A stretch of 63,783 nt of DNA, counting the filler, from Intoshia linei (taxonomy: Eukaryota; Animalia; Orthonectida): the NCBI GenBank assembly GCA_001642005.1. It is 6 parts of 6 records of this genome, joined end to end, with 100 filler letters (N's around TTAATTAATTAA, not from the genome) between each part and the next. Parts side by side here need not be neighbours in the genome. Positions count along the whole stretch, not along the records: positions 33,362 to 55,846 come from LWCA01000610.1; 5 more parts are not named here. The stretch is one strand, 5' to 3'. The position numbers and the translations under genes are program-made. The notes below the pieces were generated by a model. That model searched no databases. It saw nothing but the letters and a program-made list of their open reading frames with translations, and was not told the DNA's origin. Shown here piece after piece: positions 39,301 through 53,379 of this stretch (position 1 is its first letter; the number at the start of each line of letters is the position of its first letter).

Positions 39301-42300
39301 ACAAAATAGGTTTGAAGTGTTGATTTCTGTTAGATTGTTAATTTTAACATTTTTTACGAAAATTTCAAAAAGGTTCACCACTACTACTTGGTTTGTAGAA
39401 ATAGTAAAATGTTTCAAATAATTTTTCAAATTATTTGTTATGATTGTGAATACCTTTGAATTTGAAATTGTTTCGTTGTTGATACCCTCAAAGATAAAAT
39501 AAATATAAAAATACATACATTGATATTATTAATACATATAACTTAACCAGCGGTATCGAAAAAATTCCACCATTTAGTTGAAAATTTAAACTAGTGATTA
39601 TATTTTTGTAATTGTAAAAACAATCCCGGTTTTAATTTTTATTCATTTTTTGTAAACAATTAATAGGACACTAACGTAAAACTAACCATTGTACATTTGT
39701 TAATAATACGCGCGTATTACACAAATTTGTATTAACGAAAATTATTATTATTATTAATATTAATAAAGCGTATGCTTTGTGTTTTGAATATAATCGTACT
39801 GAAAATGTCAGCGTCACATTTAGAACCACTAATTTATACATTTATATAAAATCAAAAGATTTTGACAATATTTATTACCTCTAATAATAATTTTATCAAT
39901 TTTTGATTGGTCAATTTTCCAAACGATTTCATTATCATGTGAATAGTATATTTAAAATAGCTATCTAATAATATTAATACAATTACAATGTATAATACTT
40001 GAAATTTGAGAAAATATAAGCCTGACAAAAATATCTTTGTCAGAAAACTGATGCAGTATAACGTTCAATATGGACCTTGCAACAGCTGCAGCATCTCCTT
40101 GTATATATATTTGAGTCCTACAATTTATAGATATAATTGAGAATATTCTTAAACCCACCCATTTCTACTAAAATCCAACCATTTTTACTAAAAATCCACT
40201 TTTATAAACCCTTAAGTGAAAATTCCAGTTTTACCAACCCTGAAATGAAAAATTCAGTTTTCCCTACCCTTAAGTGAAAATTCCATTTTTACCAAACCTT
40301 AAGAGATTAATTCACTTTTACAAACTCTATAAACTAGAATTTTTTATTTTAGGGTTGGTAAGAATGAATTTTTCCCTAAGGAGTTGGTAAAAGTGGGTTG
40401 TTCACTTAAGGGTCTGTGAAAATTATTTTTTCCATTAGGGGTTATAAAAATAAATTTTTAATTTTATGGTTGGTAAAAATGAATTTTTTTCTAAACATTT
40501 AGTAAAATTGGATTGTTCACTTAAGAGTTTGTGAAAATGATTTTCTCATTTAGGGGTTGGTAAAAATGGATTGTTCACTTAAGGGTTTGTGAAAATAATT
40601 TTCTCCTTTAGGGGTTGGTAAAACTGAATTTTTCATTTTAGTGTTGGTAAAATTAGAATTTCCCCTAAGGGTTGATAAATTTTGATTTTTAGTAAAAATG
40701 GTTGGATTTAAGTAGACACATGATATAATTTATTGATAATAAATAAATAAAATATACATTTCTTTTTGCCAATTGTACAAAGGGTATGACATGATTCTAA
40801 AATGTTATAATATTATAAATAATTAAAAAATCATTTACTCTGATAAAACTGATATAATTTGCGGCAAATAGCTTGATATTAGCTCTGGTTCTCTTTGAAC
40901 CAATGTTCCTATACACAGTATTGATAGCCCCACAATTTCATTCGTATATTCTTCTTTTCTGCGTAAACATTTTGAGCATATTATTCCTTTTGATGTTGTG
41001 TTTCGTTTATTTTTATCTTTTTTTTCATTTCTAATAATTATTATTATTAATATATAATGTAATTTATTTATTATATCAATACTTTTCATTTTTAATGCTC
41101 TGATCCACTTCATTAAAGGAATTATCTAAAAATTTATATGTATCACTGGTTGAAAATTCAGTCAATGTGAATAAATGTAGTTCATAATAATAAGTTTCTA
41201 AAATCCAAAATTTCATAGACCAATAGACATTGTCCTTAATCTTTATTAATTGTCGTCCTAGAATTTTCAAAATTTTCCCGTTACGGGTTAAAATGTAATA
41301 ATCTTAATAAAAAACCAGCTGGACCTGACGGCTACAGAGCAGACTCCATATAAATAATACTTTAATAATCCTAACTTATATAGTATGCTACGCGATTTTT
41401 GTTTGTGTGTGTGTGTCCAGCATTATTTAAATAACTACCCATCTTAGAATTTTATAAAGTCTACATTTCAATTACAGTTTTTTCCGGGGGTGTTCGCAAA
41501 TATAATTTCAACCTCCCAATTTCACATCTTACGGGTCAAAAACCCCAGTTGTCCATCTTTTTGAAAATCATAAACATTACAATAAATTTAAATTTAAAAA
41601 AATTATATCTTAAGGGTCAAAACCCCAAATTACCCTTCTTTTTTTAATGAAAACAGCCCTAGAATTTTAAAAAATTAACAGGTGGTACAGTTCTATCCTG
41701 TTAACACACACAAAAATGTCAATCCGAATAAGTGACGACTTCATGGTGAAAAAACCATTTTAGTATTCATATATTTTTTTTCAAAATATTTTATAAAAAC
41801 AAAAAATGTGAAATAATTAACAGTCTGAAAATTAAAAAAAAAGATTTTTCTGATAGAGCTTATTCCAGTTGATATAAATACAAAATTTCAACCCCAGAAA
41901 TTTACGCATTCCCGGTGAAAAATAATTTTTAATATATTATCAACCAATATTTTTCAAATATTTCGATTAAAATCAAAAATTGAAAATGTAAATATTGATC
42001 CTACAATTTTAAAAAAAATGTGCATTGTACGTCTACACATTTCCAATAAATACATATGGGTGAAAATCTATATAATTCATTCCTTCGGAATTTTTTTCAT
42101 TGCTACGCAATCTTTAAATTTCAAATTTTTATTTTCAAAACATTTTTATTAAAACATTCAAATTTAAATAAGAAACTAAACAACGAAACTAAAAAAACTT
42201 TGTTAATATCATTTTTATATTACAATCCTTTGCAATAATGGTAAAATTCGACTGAAATGTTTATAAAGTGAAGATTCAGTTAATTATTGATACACAATTA

Positions 42301-45300
42301 GTATTTTTAAGTATTTATTAAATTGGTACTGAATATATATCATCACATTGAAAATTACAAAATAGGTTTTTATAATTTTATTTTTTCTGGAATTTATGCT
42401 ATTTATAAAAATTTTTAGGATTGGACTGTTTTTACTTTACTTTTAATATTATACACACATTTTGTCTTATAAATTAAAAAAATGTGATAACAATTGTTTT
42501 TAAAATTCTTTACGCAAACGTTAACCAACAAAAAATTAAGATGGAATAATTCATTTTAAATAAAAAGTAATGTGATATGATGATTCCACCTGAAACAAAT
42601 CTAAGAACAACTCCTTTAAAGGATTGATAATAGTGAATAGTAAGATTTTTAAGTTAGATTTTCAATATGAATTTTTTTGGTATAATAAAAATGTGCCCTC
42701 GGCAGAGCTAGGTCCTGTTTGTACGTAGTACATAACAGTCAACCTAGTATAATATATACATGTATGTGATTATATAAAGTATTCTTATACAAAGTATGCT
42801 CATATGGAGTCTTCACTGTAATTCCTACATGGATATTGATTCATATGATAAAAAATATGATGTTTAGGTAATCTATTTTTTTAAATTTATATAATTAATC
42901 GCGTCTTATTAATTATTTTTTTATCAATAAATAATTACAACTTTTAACAACTTGGTTGACAAGATCATCTGTCTAAAAAGAAATAATTTGGTATTGAATA
43001 TAATACCTCTTCATAGGAAGTTTCATCGACATTTACGTCTAAAAAAATTATATAAACATTATATAAGAACACTGTCCATTTCATTAATAAGTAATTAACT
43101 CAGTGCTACCAACTTTTTACCTACGAAATTTTATAACAGAGAAAGAGCCATCTGTGACAATGTATAACTTATCAACGATTATCGTGTTCTTTGAAATTAT
43201 GTTTAAACTGGTTATCGATAAAACGAATAGAAAAACGGGGTAAAATCGTTCATAAATATATCTAATCAGATTTAAGATATCGAGATTCACCGAGATAAAA
43301 AAGTTGATTACGTACATTGTGTTCATATAAATAAATATCAAATTGATTTTTTAAATTTTATTAATTACCATATTTCATACACACACTGCATTTCAGTTTG
43401 GTTAGAGCATGTACGTGATGCAACAATCCACATAGTATTATATTTAACAAGTAAAGAACTGATTCTTGGTTCAAGGCAATAGAGAAATCGTACTAAATAT
43501 AGTATAAAATTAAACGTTCAAATTCATTTAATTTATAATTGTTAATTAATGTTTATTTTCGAGTTTATCGATTTTCGATTTTGGTGGCGAGGGGTCTACT
43601 TTTTAATTTATTTATTTTAAATTAATATTAAATTATATATTATTATTAAATTATATTAATTAATTTAAATTTAATTTATTAATATGTAATGTTGGAAAAT
43701 TACTTAAGTATACCGAAATTTCGATAACCAATGCGATTTTCATGCGTAACTTTATATAAGTAAAGATGGGTTCATTTTGATTTTAATTTAAAAATGTATA
43801 TATTAAAATGTGGCAAAGAGAAGATTTTACTTTAATTTTGAAGTGGTAGCATTTATGGAGTAAATTAAAATTAAAAAATTATTAATTTCAAACCTACTGT
43901 ACCGACATCCCTTTTCGAAGGGACCTCGACGAAATTTTTGTAAAATAGGGGCATCATGATACTAAATTGAGCGATATGGTGGCTAGGGGCTATGTGACCC
44001 AACAATTAGTTTGAAAAAATTTTAAGGGTCTATTCTTTAGATTAGGTAGTCACAACTCGTGTCATATACTTTCTCGAGGTCATTAAGTAGCTCAATTCAG
44101 AGTTAAAGTATAAATTACATGTACATGTAGAATCTACATTGTAGATCATGTTATTATTATTAGTTTAATATTTTTAAAATTACCTTATACAAATACAACA
44201 AAAAAGTCATCAACCAATTTACCTTGGCTAAATTCGATAACACAGAAATTGAGAAATTAGAATGTTGCGCATCTGTAATATAAAAAGTAATTTAAAGTCA
44301 AGAATTAAATATCAAATACCATATGTATACCATAATACAAAATGTATAAGTAAAATTACCATATTTATAGACATGAGGATATGGACAGTACTTTAGAAAA
44401 CTGATTATGAAAGAAATCATACTTTTACCCCTTTCAATATTAAAATCCAATATCTAAATTAATATACCTACAAGTATATAATAAACTTTACACTAGGTAA
44501 CTCGGCAATAATCGTTTCAAATATAGGACTTTCTCTGACATTCTGGGGTGTATTAGTAAAACAGTTTTCTTTGGAATCATAAAATATTAGAGAGTTTACA
44601 TAATCCATCACTATAGTCTTAAATTCATCATTATTAATAATTAAAATTAAATGATACCTCTTCTTTATCCATGACATCCTTAACTATTCCTTTTCTCAAA
44701 AACTATAAAATGAAACAAATAAACTAAAAATGTATAAAACTGATAAATTTATGTTAAACATGAAAACGAAGAAAAAAATACCTTCATAAAATGCCATGAA
44801 ATATGAAGAGTGGATTTTAAAGTATCAATATTGTAACCATTTTTATAAACTCTTTCGCGCAGATTTTTATCTTTAGGTTTTTTCTTTTCAGTTTTGACAT
44901 TTTCAAAATCAACATCGATATCATCATTAAACAAAATCTTATTCATTTGAGAATTATAATAATTGGTAAAATCATTTTCACCATCTATAAACTTTATAGT
45001 ATATCTTTCTTCAATCATTTTGGCATTATTCTTCAAAAATAGCTGATAATCCAATTTCTTTGTCAATTCTTCCAAAGTTACCGGCATCATCATTATTTCT
45101 ATAAAAAAATTAAAATTATTCAATAAACTCAAATTTTTACCGTACGGTTCCATATCAGAATTTTTTTCATAATTATCTAGTTTTTTTTCAATGTCAATCA
45201 ATTCAAAAATTTTCTGAAAAAATTTCCAGCTATAAACGGAATGAAAGTTTTGTCTGCCTTCAATCCTCGAAAAATATGTCAAAATCAAATATCGATCCAC

Positions 45301-48300
45301 AGATACTATTTGAAAATGGTATTCAAAGTACGTCATTAAAGTCTAAGTGTATATATTATTATTCTAGGTTTTCATTTTTTTACGTCAAACGCTACTCTCG
45401 GGAGCGAATTCAATAAAATTCTCGCTTTGGTACGAACCATAGATACAGGGTAGCATAAAATATCCAAAACCCGCGCGAAAAGGTAGGACAAGGAATAATA
45501 CATAAAATGATTTGTGTGAGGACTATTTCTAGCATTTTTTAATATTGTTGTAGCTTTTTCCACTATATATAATTAGAAATGGCGAACGCTTCAAATAAAT
45601 TATTTCATACCACTGGAAAAAATTGTGTCTGGATTATTTTTATTTGGATTAAAATTATCCTTAACTAGTTGCACAAAATTTTTTGAAGCATTTTGAATGT
45701 TTAATATAAACAAAAGCAATTGGCACGCCTCAATTGACGACGCTGAGGGTTCCCATTGCATCATATTCCATAGTCTATTAAATTGAAGTTAAATTGATAA
45801 ATAATCATTTTCTTACCTATTAACAAATTGATAGCTAGTTGTGTGAGCCAAAAAAATTAAACTGTGGCCAGTGTCAGATAATTCATTATATTGGTAAACC
45901 ACTGAACACTTTGCGTGAATTATCATGTGCTTAGCTATTTTTAACAGTAGAGTTGAAGCTTCACTACTTAAATCTGAATCGGTCCATTTTAGAGAATAGT
46001 ACATTAATTGACTGTACAAGGAACAAGCGTTAACGACATTCTCAGTTAATTTTGTGTGTAAATTTAAATAGTCATTAAAAAAAATAAATTTTTCAATATT
46101 ATTTGCATTATCAGTATAATCGGTTGATAAAACTTTAACGACCGTTTCAATACTCACACTAAAATTGATGTAATCAATTTTATGTATCAAAAAAATAACT
46201 GTCGAGTACATAACACTCAATAAAGAAACGAGACCTTTTTTGCTGTTTTCGTTACATTTCGTCAAATTTACACGACTTTGCAAAATTTTGATAAAAACTT
46301 GCAATTTCTGTGCGTCTGTTATTTGATTTCTTTTTGTGGTTCTTGATTTACTCACAATCGATAGAGTTTTTGTTTGTTTCACCAAAATTGAAGCGACATA
46401 ATAATAACAGTTAATTACGTCAGATGATGAATAAAATTTTTTAGATTTAATCATGTCATCAATATTACTCATCGTTTCATTTAAAATGAGATACAAGAAT
46501 TTTTCAGGTATAGACACATCCATATTGGTCAACATCTAAACATCATTTTAAAATATTACTTATTTGACTGTAATTAATAATACATCAATCCATTGCAAAA
46601 CTTGTAGAATAACCGGTAATTTTGATGACAGTAATCGTACATAAGCAAAATTATAAAATTCTTCAATTGTCATGAACAAGCAAATCAAATCTGCATCGAA
46701 AAGCCGACTATCATATTTGATTAATTAAATTTACATGCTAATTTAAGTATTTTTTATAAGTACATTATTAACGGAGTTATTTCAATCTGTTGTTTTTCGT
46801 TTAAATCGGATAAAATTGCTTCCATCCAAAACGGCATAATATAATCCCATATCTTAATTTATTATTAAAAATAAAATTAAAAATAAAAATGCGTTTATGA
46901 TTCTTTGAATCTACAATATTCGAGACCCTTTTTGAGTAAAAATCAAAATATCTATAAAATGTCCTTATTTTATCAAGTTTACATAGTTTACCAAATTAAG
47001 CATCTTAAAAATTTCAATATTTCAATCATAACAGTTCTTAGTATCAAATTAAATTTCAACCCCAGACTCTACACCTGAGATTCGAGAACGGTGGGTGATT
47101 TTTCTATTTTATTTCACAAAATACATAATCTAAAAAAATTTTTTATATAATATTATAAAAAAATAACAAATAATCTGTAAAAAAAGATAATAATTATAGA
47201 TTTGTCAAAATCATAATATTAATAAAATTTTCTAACCGCACAGTCCAATACAAAAAAGATGCAAGGATGATAATACATCATCTTGTTCGTCTCAATGAAC
47301 TGGTAAATATGATAGCAATATTATTTTTCAATCAAAGAATTGTCAATGTAAAAGTTTGACACAAATTTTTAAAAATTTATAAAATAACGTCAGATTTCTT
47401 TACGGTGCACCGGTTAAGAATAACTGGTCTAAAATAACATTAAAAAGTCTTACAATTTTTTAAGAAAATTATTGGTTCTATGGGTCAATTCTTTAAAAAA
47501 TTTATTAACAGTAACAACTTTTTTATGAATAATGAAGGGGTGATTTAAAAAAATATCTGTGAATTATGGGCTTAGGGGGTAATTTTAAAAAAAAATTGAG
47601 AACCCTGGTCTAGATTCCAGACCCGTAGAGAGGTACCCAGATCTGTATTTTGTAGGCCTATTTTTGATTTTTTGGCGTCTCGAGCATATTAATTGAGTCT
47701 ATATTTACCTCACATGTTAGAATTTTGTATGGAATCAAATGAGACAATTTTCGAAGGTTTACTTTTAAGCATATAAATTTATCTGCAATTAGGTCCCTTG
47801 ATAAATGAGTAAAAATAGAAATATAAAAATAATGGTGATATTACCAAACACCTCCAATTTTTGTCAGTTCCATGGGATATGGCAATAGACAAGCAATAAC
47901 AATATCTGCAAAGTGTAGAGTCAACAAATTTATCCAATCTTCCAATAACTATAATAAATACATGTATGATTAATGATAATTATTATTGATTAAACAGAAT
48001 TTCGAAAAAGTGTATGTATTGTCAATTTATTGACAAGGGAAACTTTTTATTCGTATATATTAGGTGTTCTTAAACTTTAAACTCTACGGACATCCTATTT
48101 CATCCACAATTTTGGCGATTTTTGTTTGTATGTATGTTCAGCTTTATTTAAATAACTACCCTTCTTAGAATTTTATAAAATCCACATTTCAATTACAGTT
48201 TTTTTCTTAGGGTGTTCGCAAACATAATTTCAACCTCCCAAAGTCATATCTTACAGGTCAACAACCCCAGTTGTCCCTCTTTTTGAAAATCAAACGAGTT

Positions 48301-51300
48301 GGAAAATTTAAAAAAATATATACGTTAATACGGATTTTAAAATCATAAACATTATTATAAATTTAAATTTAAAAAAATTATATTTTTAGGTCCAAAACCC
48401 CAAATTACCCTTCTTTTTTTAATGAAAACAGCCCTAGAATTTTAAAAAATTAACAGGTGGTACAGTTCTATCCTGTTAACACACACAAAAATGTCAATCC
48501 GAATAAGTGACGACTTTACGGTCTTTAGCACTTTAGTATTCATATATTTTTTTTCGAAATATTTTATTAAAACAAAAAATGTGAAATAATTAACAGTCTG
48601 AAAATTAAAAAGAAAGATTGTTCTGATAGAGCTTATTCCAGTTGATATAAATACAAAATTTCAACCCCAGAAATTTACGCATTCCCGGTGAAAAATAATT
48701 TTTAATATATTATCAACCAATATTTTTCAAATATTTCGATTAAAATCAAAAATATTGATCTTATAATTTCAAAAAAAATGTGCAGTGAACGTCTACACAT
48801 TTCCAATAAAGAAATACGGTTGAAAATCTATCTAATTCATTCCTTCGGAATTTTTTTCATTGCTACGCAATTTTTAAACTTCAAATTCTTATTTTCAAAA
48901 AATTTTGAATAAAATTTAAATAGAAACTAAACAACGAAACTAAAACAACTTTGTTAATATCATTTTTATATNNNNNTAATTTCAAAAAAAATGTGCAGTG
49001 AACGTCTACACATTTCCAATAAAGAAATACGGTTGAAAATCTATCTAATTCATTCCTTCGGAATTTTTTTCATTGCTACGCAATTTTTAAACTTCAAATT
49101 CTTATTTTCAAAAAATTTTGAATAAAATTTAAATAGAAACTAAACAACGAAACTAAAACAACTTTGTTAATAGAAGTAAAAAGTAATGTGATATGATGAT
49201 TCCATCTAACATAAATTATGTAACCACTCCTTTAAAGGATTGATAATAGTGAATAGCAGGATTTTTAAATTAGATTTTCAACGTGAATTTATTTTTTAAG
49301 TATAATAAAAATACGATCTCAGAAGAGCTACGTTTTGTTTGTACGTAGTACATAACAGTCACCTATGTACTTATAATCTTGGTCAGGGTGGTCCAAACAA
49401 TGGCGCGTAAGGCCAAAAGATAAATTTTACAAATTTCGTGGGCCGCAACATTAAAAAATATAGTCCATAGACAAAGATAAGTAAAAAAAGTTAAAATTTC
49501 ACATTAACCAGAAAATTATTATGAGTATCATGATATGAATATTACGCTAATTAAAAATATACAAAGGATACAAAAATTAGAATTATTATCGTAAATTATA
49601 AAAAGTAAGAAGTTGAGAATAATATTTACAGAAAGACTGAATTATTTCTAAAAAATTTAAATTAATGGCAGATAATGTGGTCATTATTATATTTCTGTAA
49701 CTCAATGTTTTTCAAAATATATTACTAAACAATTTTGTGGACCATGCTTTGGACCACCCTGACTTTGATCAATGATTTGATAATGGCAAAAAACGAGAGA
49801 TAAGATGTCATAGATACATGTATATTAGATTAAATCGGAGGTGGCGAAGCATTTACTGTTCAAAGACCGTACTAACGTCTCATAAAAATTTAATTAAATA
49901 CAGCAGAGCTTCTCATGGGGTGACTGGTCACCCTAAGAACTATTAATTTTATTAGGGGGTGAATACCAAAATTTTAGATGATTGGGGTGAATGATAAATT
50001 TTTAGCATATTTTATTCAATTTAATAAAATCTTATGAGAAAAAACCTAATTTTACCAACCATTAAAAAAACCGCTTTTACCAATATTTTAAAAATTATAT
50101 TAAATGAAAAATAATTTATATTGTTCAAAAGGCAGCACCAAATCGTCAATAAGGCCACACATTCCCCACTCTGGTTAGATTGTTAATTACATTTGATTTC
50201 AAATTTTCCAAGTTTATCCCGCAGCTTCCTACAGTTAACAATTGTATAGGGTAGCTATATATTTACCTATTTGCACACAACCAGTTGAATTGTACCATTC
50301 AAATAAAGAAGCACATAAGCGAATCAAACTTGTCTAAATATATTTATACCATCAATTATTTTCAAATTTTCATTAACGGTTTTCCCCAACTTTCAGATTG
50401 CGGTATGAAGTCGGACAATGAAAATGTAAAATTTAATATATAATTAATTTTAAGATATATAAAGTGAAACCACAAAGCCTTCAATTTTATGAATTTTAGT
50501 TTGCAATATTACTATATTTTATACGAGTTGGAACTAGTGTTTCAATTCAGTAAATTATTAATTAAATAAAATTAAATTATTATCGGTTAATTACCAGAGA
50601 TTACCGGTAGTGAAAATTTTATTGAGTAAATTACCGGTAATGAAAAAGTCGGTAAATTGAAACACTAGTTGAAACCACTTTACGAAACTCTATATTTAAT
50701 TAAATATTTCATTATTTAAAGTTTAAATTTTAAACAATAGTATGGTATGGTAATAATAATAAGACTCAGATAATTTGAATAAAAATAAAGTATTACTTTC
50801 AATTTAATTTTTAAGACATTTTATAACATTTAATCTTGAATTTTACAATTTAATACTGATTTATAAATTCAAAATAATATTTAAAAATTGTTAAATTATA
50901 GCGTTACCAAAAAATAAAATATTTTTAGCTTTCTGGAAGATCTCACTAAAAAATATTTATTGCCTAGGTTGAGAAACCCTGCTTTATACAAAAAATTTTA
51001 ATATTCATTCAACTATTATATTCTAAACTTATTACAAACCATCAAATTTTAAAATATATTGCATAAAAGACTAAACCGAGAATAACTGCCTTGTATGTAA
51101 ATTAGTAAAATTTTAATACCAATTTGATTTTGACTTGATCGCTTTCGTCGTTTGGAAAATCGACAAGTTTTACATGGTTTACTAAAAGAAATATTGCATA
51201 TTGTGTTGTAATATGTTGAAAATCAATTTCAATTTCCACCAATTCTGTGACATCTGTACTAATTGGTATTCCTCCATTTTTAATATGTTGTATTTCCACG

Positions 51301-53057
51301 TCAATGTACATTTTTTCCGAAACCGTGTTGATATCGCAAAGTAATCTAATTATTTTTACATTTTTTATAGTAAAAATCAAAACATTCATGCTAAACCTGC
51401 ACGGCCCGTAATTATCCGAGTCTTACCCGTGCCAGTCACACATTTTGATAGCCGTCAGTACATTTTAGACATATATCCAATTGGTTCAAAACCGACGGCA
51501 ATATACATTAAATTATACCTGGACACTGCATCCACAAATATATTCACTAAAGATACACTTTCGTCCCAAATATCTAGTATAGTTTTTTGGGTTAAGTGCT
51601 CATGATTTTGGTTGCATTCACTGCATAACAAATAATTTTCTAAATGACAATCGACATGCGTACACATGTATGTTGCTAATTTATTGCCACCTTTGCAATT
51701 CTACATTATAATATATATCTTTGGTACATTTAAAAATACTTTTCTTTTGCAAATTGATTTAACAAATTTTTGGTTAACTTGATAGATGGGCAATAATTCT
51801 TCGTTTGGGTAATAATACATGGCACAATTAATACAAAGAAAATTTGGAAGTAGCATTGCTGCTCTTTTGGACTTTACGTTATAGGCAATCTGCACGCATA
51901 GTAAAATGGTTATAAATTTTAGATTACTCTGTTAGCTTCGGGATATTGTCCATCAGATTTTCCTTTGCATTCCTCATTATCGCATCTAACACACGTCCAA
52001 ACTAAATAAAATATAATCTACACGCACAAAAACATTACATCCGACAAATTCCATTTCTTCTAAAAATTGAATATAATTAATGAAATTAAATTGAAATACT
52101 TTTAGTAGGTATATTAGCGGAATACAAAATTGGCCAGTATCGAAATAGAATAATTACAGCAATTCTTCTGGATCTCAGCGCTCCATATGCAATTACATTC
52201 ATAACCAACTATGCAATTCAAATATAATTAAATTTTTATTACTTTTATGGCTTCTGTTTCGTGTTTAATAATGCTGTCCATTACCTCAAAATAGCTTCCT
52301 ATTATAATTCAAAAATGTTCAATAATTTTTATTTTGTACCATAATCGTCTATATATTCAAATATGATCATGAGGATTCCAGGGATTGAATCGCGATAATA
52401 TTTATTTTCGTTTTCATCTAAACCTAAACAAATGTAAAAGGACAAAACACAATATATGACTCAGAATGGGAATAAGTCTAGTTGACAAAAGTCTGATTAT
52501 AGTATGTTTAGTCTTTTTTTGTTGAATCGATGGTATTATGCGTGTAATTGGTAGAGCCATTTTTTCTAATAACGGAGTTGGTAGGAATGAACAGACATAT
52601 GAAACATATAACAAAAACACTTCAACCAAAATGGCTAAATTAGTATTTTTAGAAGATAAATTTTCAAATTACAAATATCTTGAGTTTCCATAATATTTAT
52701 GATTATACACACTTTTAGGGACGCTTCAAAGGCCAATGTAAAGTCATAATTACGACTCAAGGATGTAATATATTCTTGATCCAATTGGTAGTAATTCAAA
52801 ATATTTACATTTTTAGAATTTTTCACAATTTCGTTAAATAGCCTAATGATTATATTATTATGTACATGTTTAGTAAACTTTTCCAAAATGTTTTGACAAT
52901 TTCGTAGTTTCAAAACAAATTCCGAAAGTTGGGGCATTGGCGATGATTTGAAAATAATTGCATTATAAAATTCTATCAAATTTTTGCATTTTGAATTGAC
53001 TAAAATTAAATTAAAAAGTTTTAGAGGTTTTTTACAAGTTAAAGATTGATGTGTCAT
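36341..53057 (-). CDS. UNC79: UNC-79 homologue (NALCN channel complex subunit), many exons; not every internal junction resolved
   Basis: N-terminus SKCKNLIEFYNAII..PMP, VIAYGALRSR..LFRYWP, Cys/His-rich region (FLCINC, CSECNQNH, IWD..FVDAVS), YNWQ..YIQGDAAAVAR..ILHQF, and C-terminus FQFTSIELQSANVNQLYVS* resembling the UNC79 end KMAQVEIQSS..SQFY. Confidence 0.88.
36564..37467. mobile_element. hAT non-autonomous element in last UNC79 intron
   Basis: TIRs CAGTGTTTCCA / TGGAAACTCTG; 8-bp flanks GTCACAAT and GTCGCGAT (6/8). Confidence 0.75.
40164..40719. mobile_element. Foldback-type element with inverted arms of ~30-bp tandem repeats
   Basis: TIR TCTACTAAAATCCAACCATTTTTACTAAAAATC and its near-perfect reverse complement at about 40684-40716. 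Arms are TTTTACCAACCCTTAAG..GAAAA units and their inverse. Confidence 0.82.
41369..42747 (+). mobile_element. Non-autonomous Helitron with both termini, 1379 bp, in a UNC79 intron
   Basis: 5' TC, 3' CTAG, inserted between A and T with no TSD. Subterminal hairpins CTCGGCAGAG and GTACGTAGTAC, (TG)n near the 5' end, many copies in window. Confidence 0.85.
48115..49366 (+). mobile_element. Near full-length Helitron copy (contains a 5-N gap and an artefactual duplication)
   Basis: Colinear with about 41390-42747. Confidence 0.82.
49384..49761. mobile_element. hAT (Charlie-like) MITE
   Basis: TIRs CAGGGTGGTCCAAA / TTTGGACCACCCTG. Confidence 0.75.
50535..50667. mobile_element. hAT MITE, 133 bp
   Basis: TIRs TAGTGTTTCAATT / AATTGAAACACTA; TSD GTTGGAAC/GTTGAAAC (7/8); internal TTACCGGTA repeats. 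Confidence 0.85.
51399..51499 (-). ncRNA. Candidate double-hairpin structured RNA in UNC79 intron 51346-51518
   Basis: Stems GCCGTCGGT/ACTGACGGC and GCACGG/CCGTGC, each with an inner helix. G-U pairs form only on the minus (sense) strand. Confidence 0.45.
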
Positions 53058-53379
53058 TTTTACGGAACTTTGAATAATAAAATTTTTAATTTTGCAAAAT
53101 CGATTTAATGTCGGAAAATTAGATATACAGTTGATGATTATACGGCTATTTCAGAAATTCAATATCAATATTAGAATCATATCTGCAAATGCATGACATG
53201 ATACTATATCATGTTGTTATCGATTTATGTATCGATTGATTAAAATTCTAATTAGCAAATAGTTAACAGTTAACAATTTAAGTTTTCAAGTATTTTAAAT
53301 TATACAATTAAATTATTAAATTTAAAAAATAAAATTTAATTTAAAATCACATTGGCACATGTTGTTCATAATACTTGTT

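Noticed and set aside
40155-40172. Foldback TIR apparently donating the UNC79 3' splice site
   Set aside because: Phase and homology favour the acceptor near 40118 (MTQIYIQGD).
48765-49170. Identical ~195-bp tandem duplication around NNNNN
   Set aside because: Unmerged contig overlap inside a Helitron copy.
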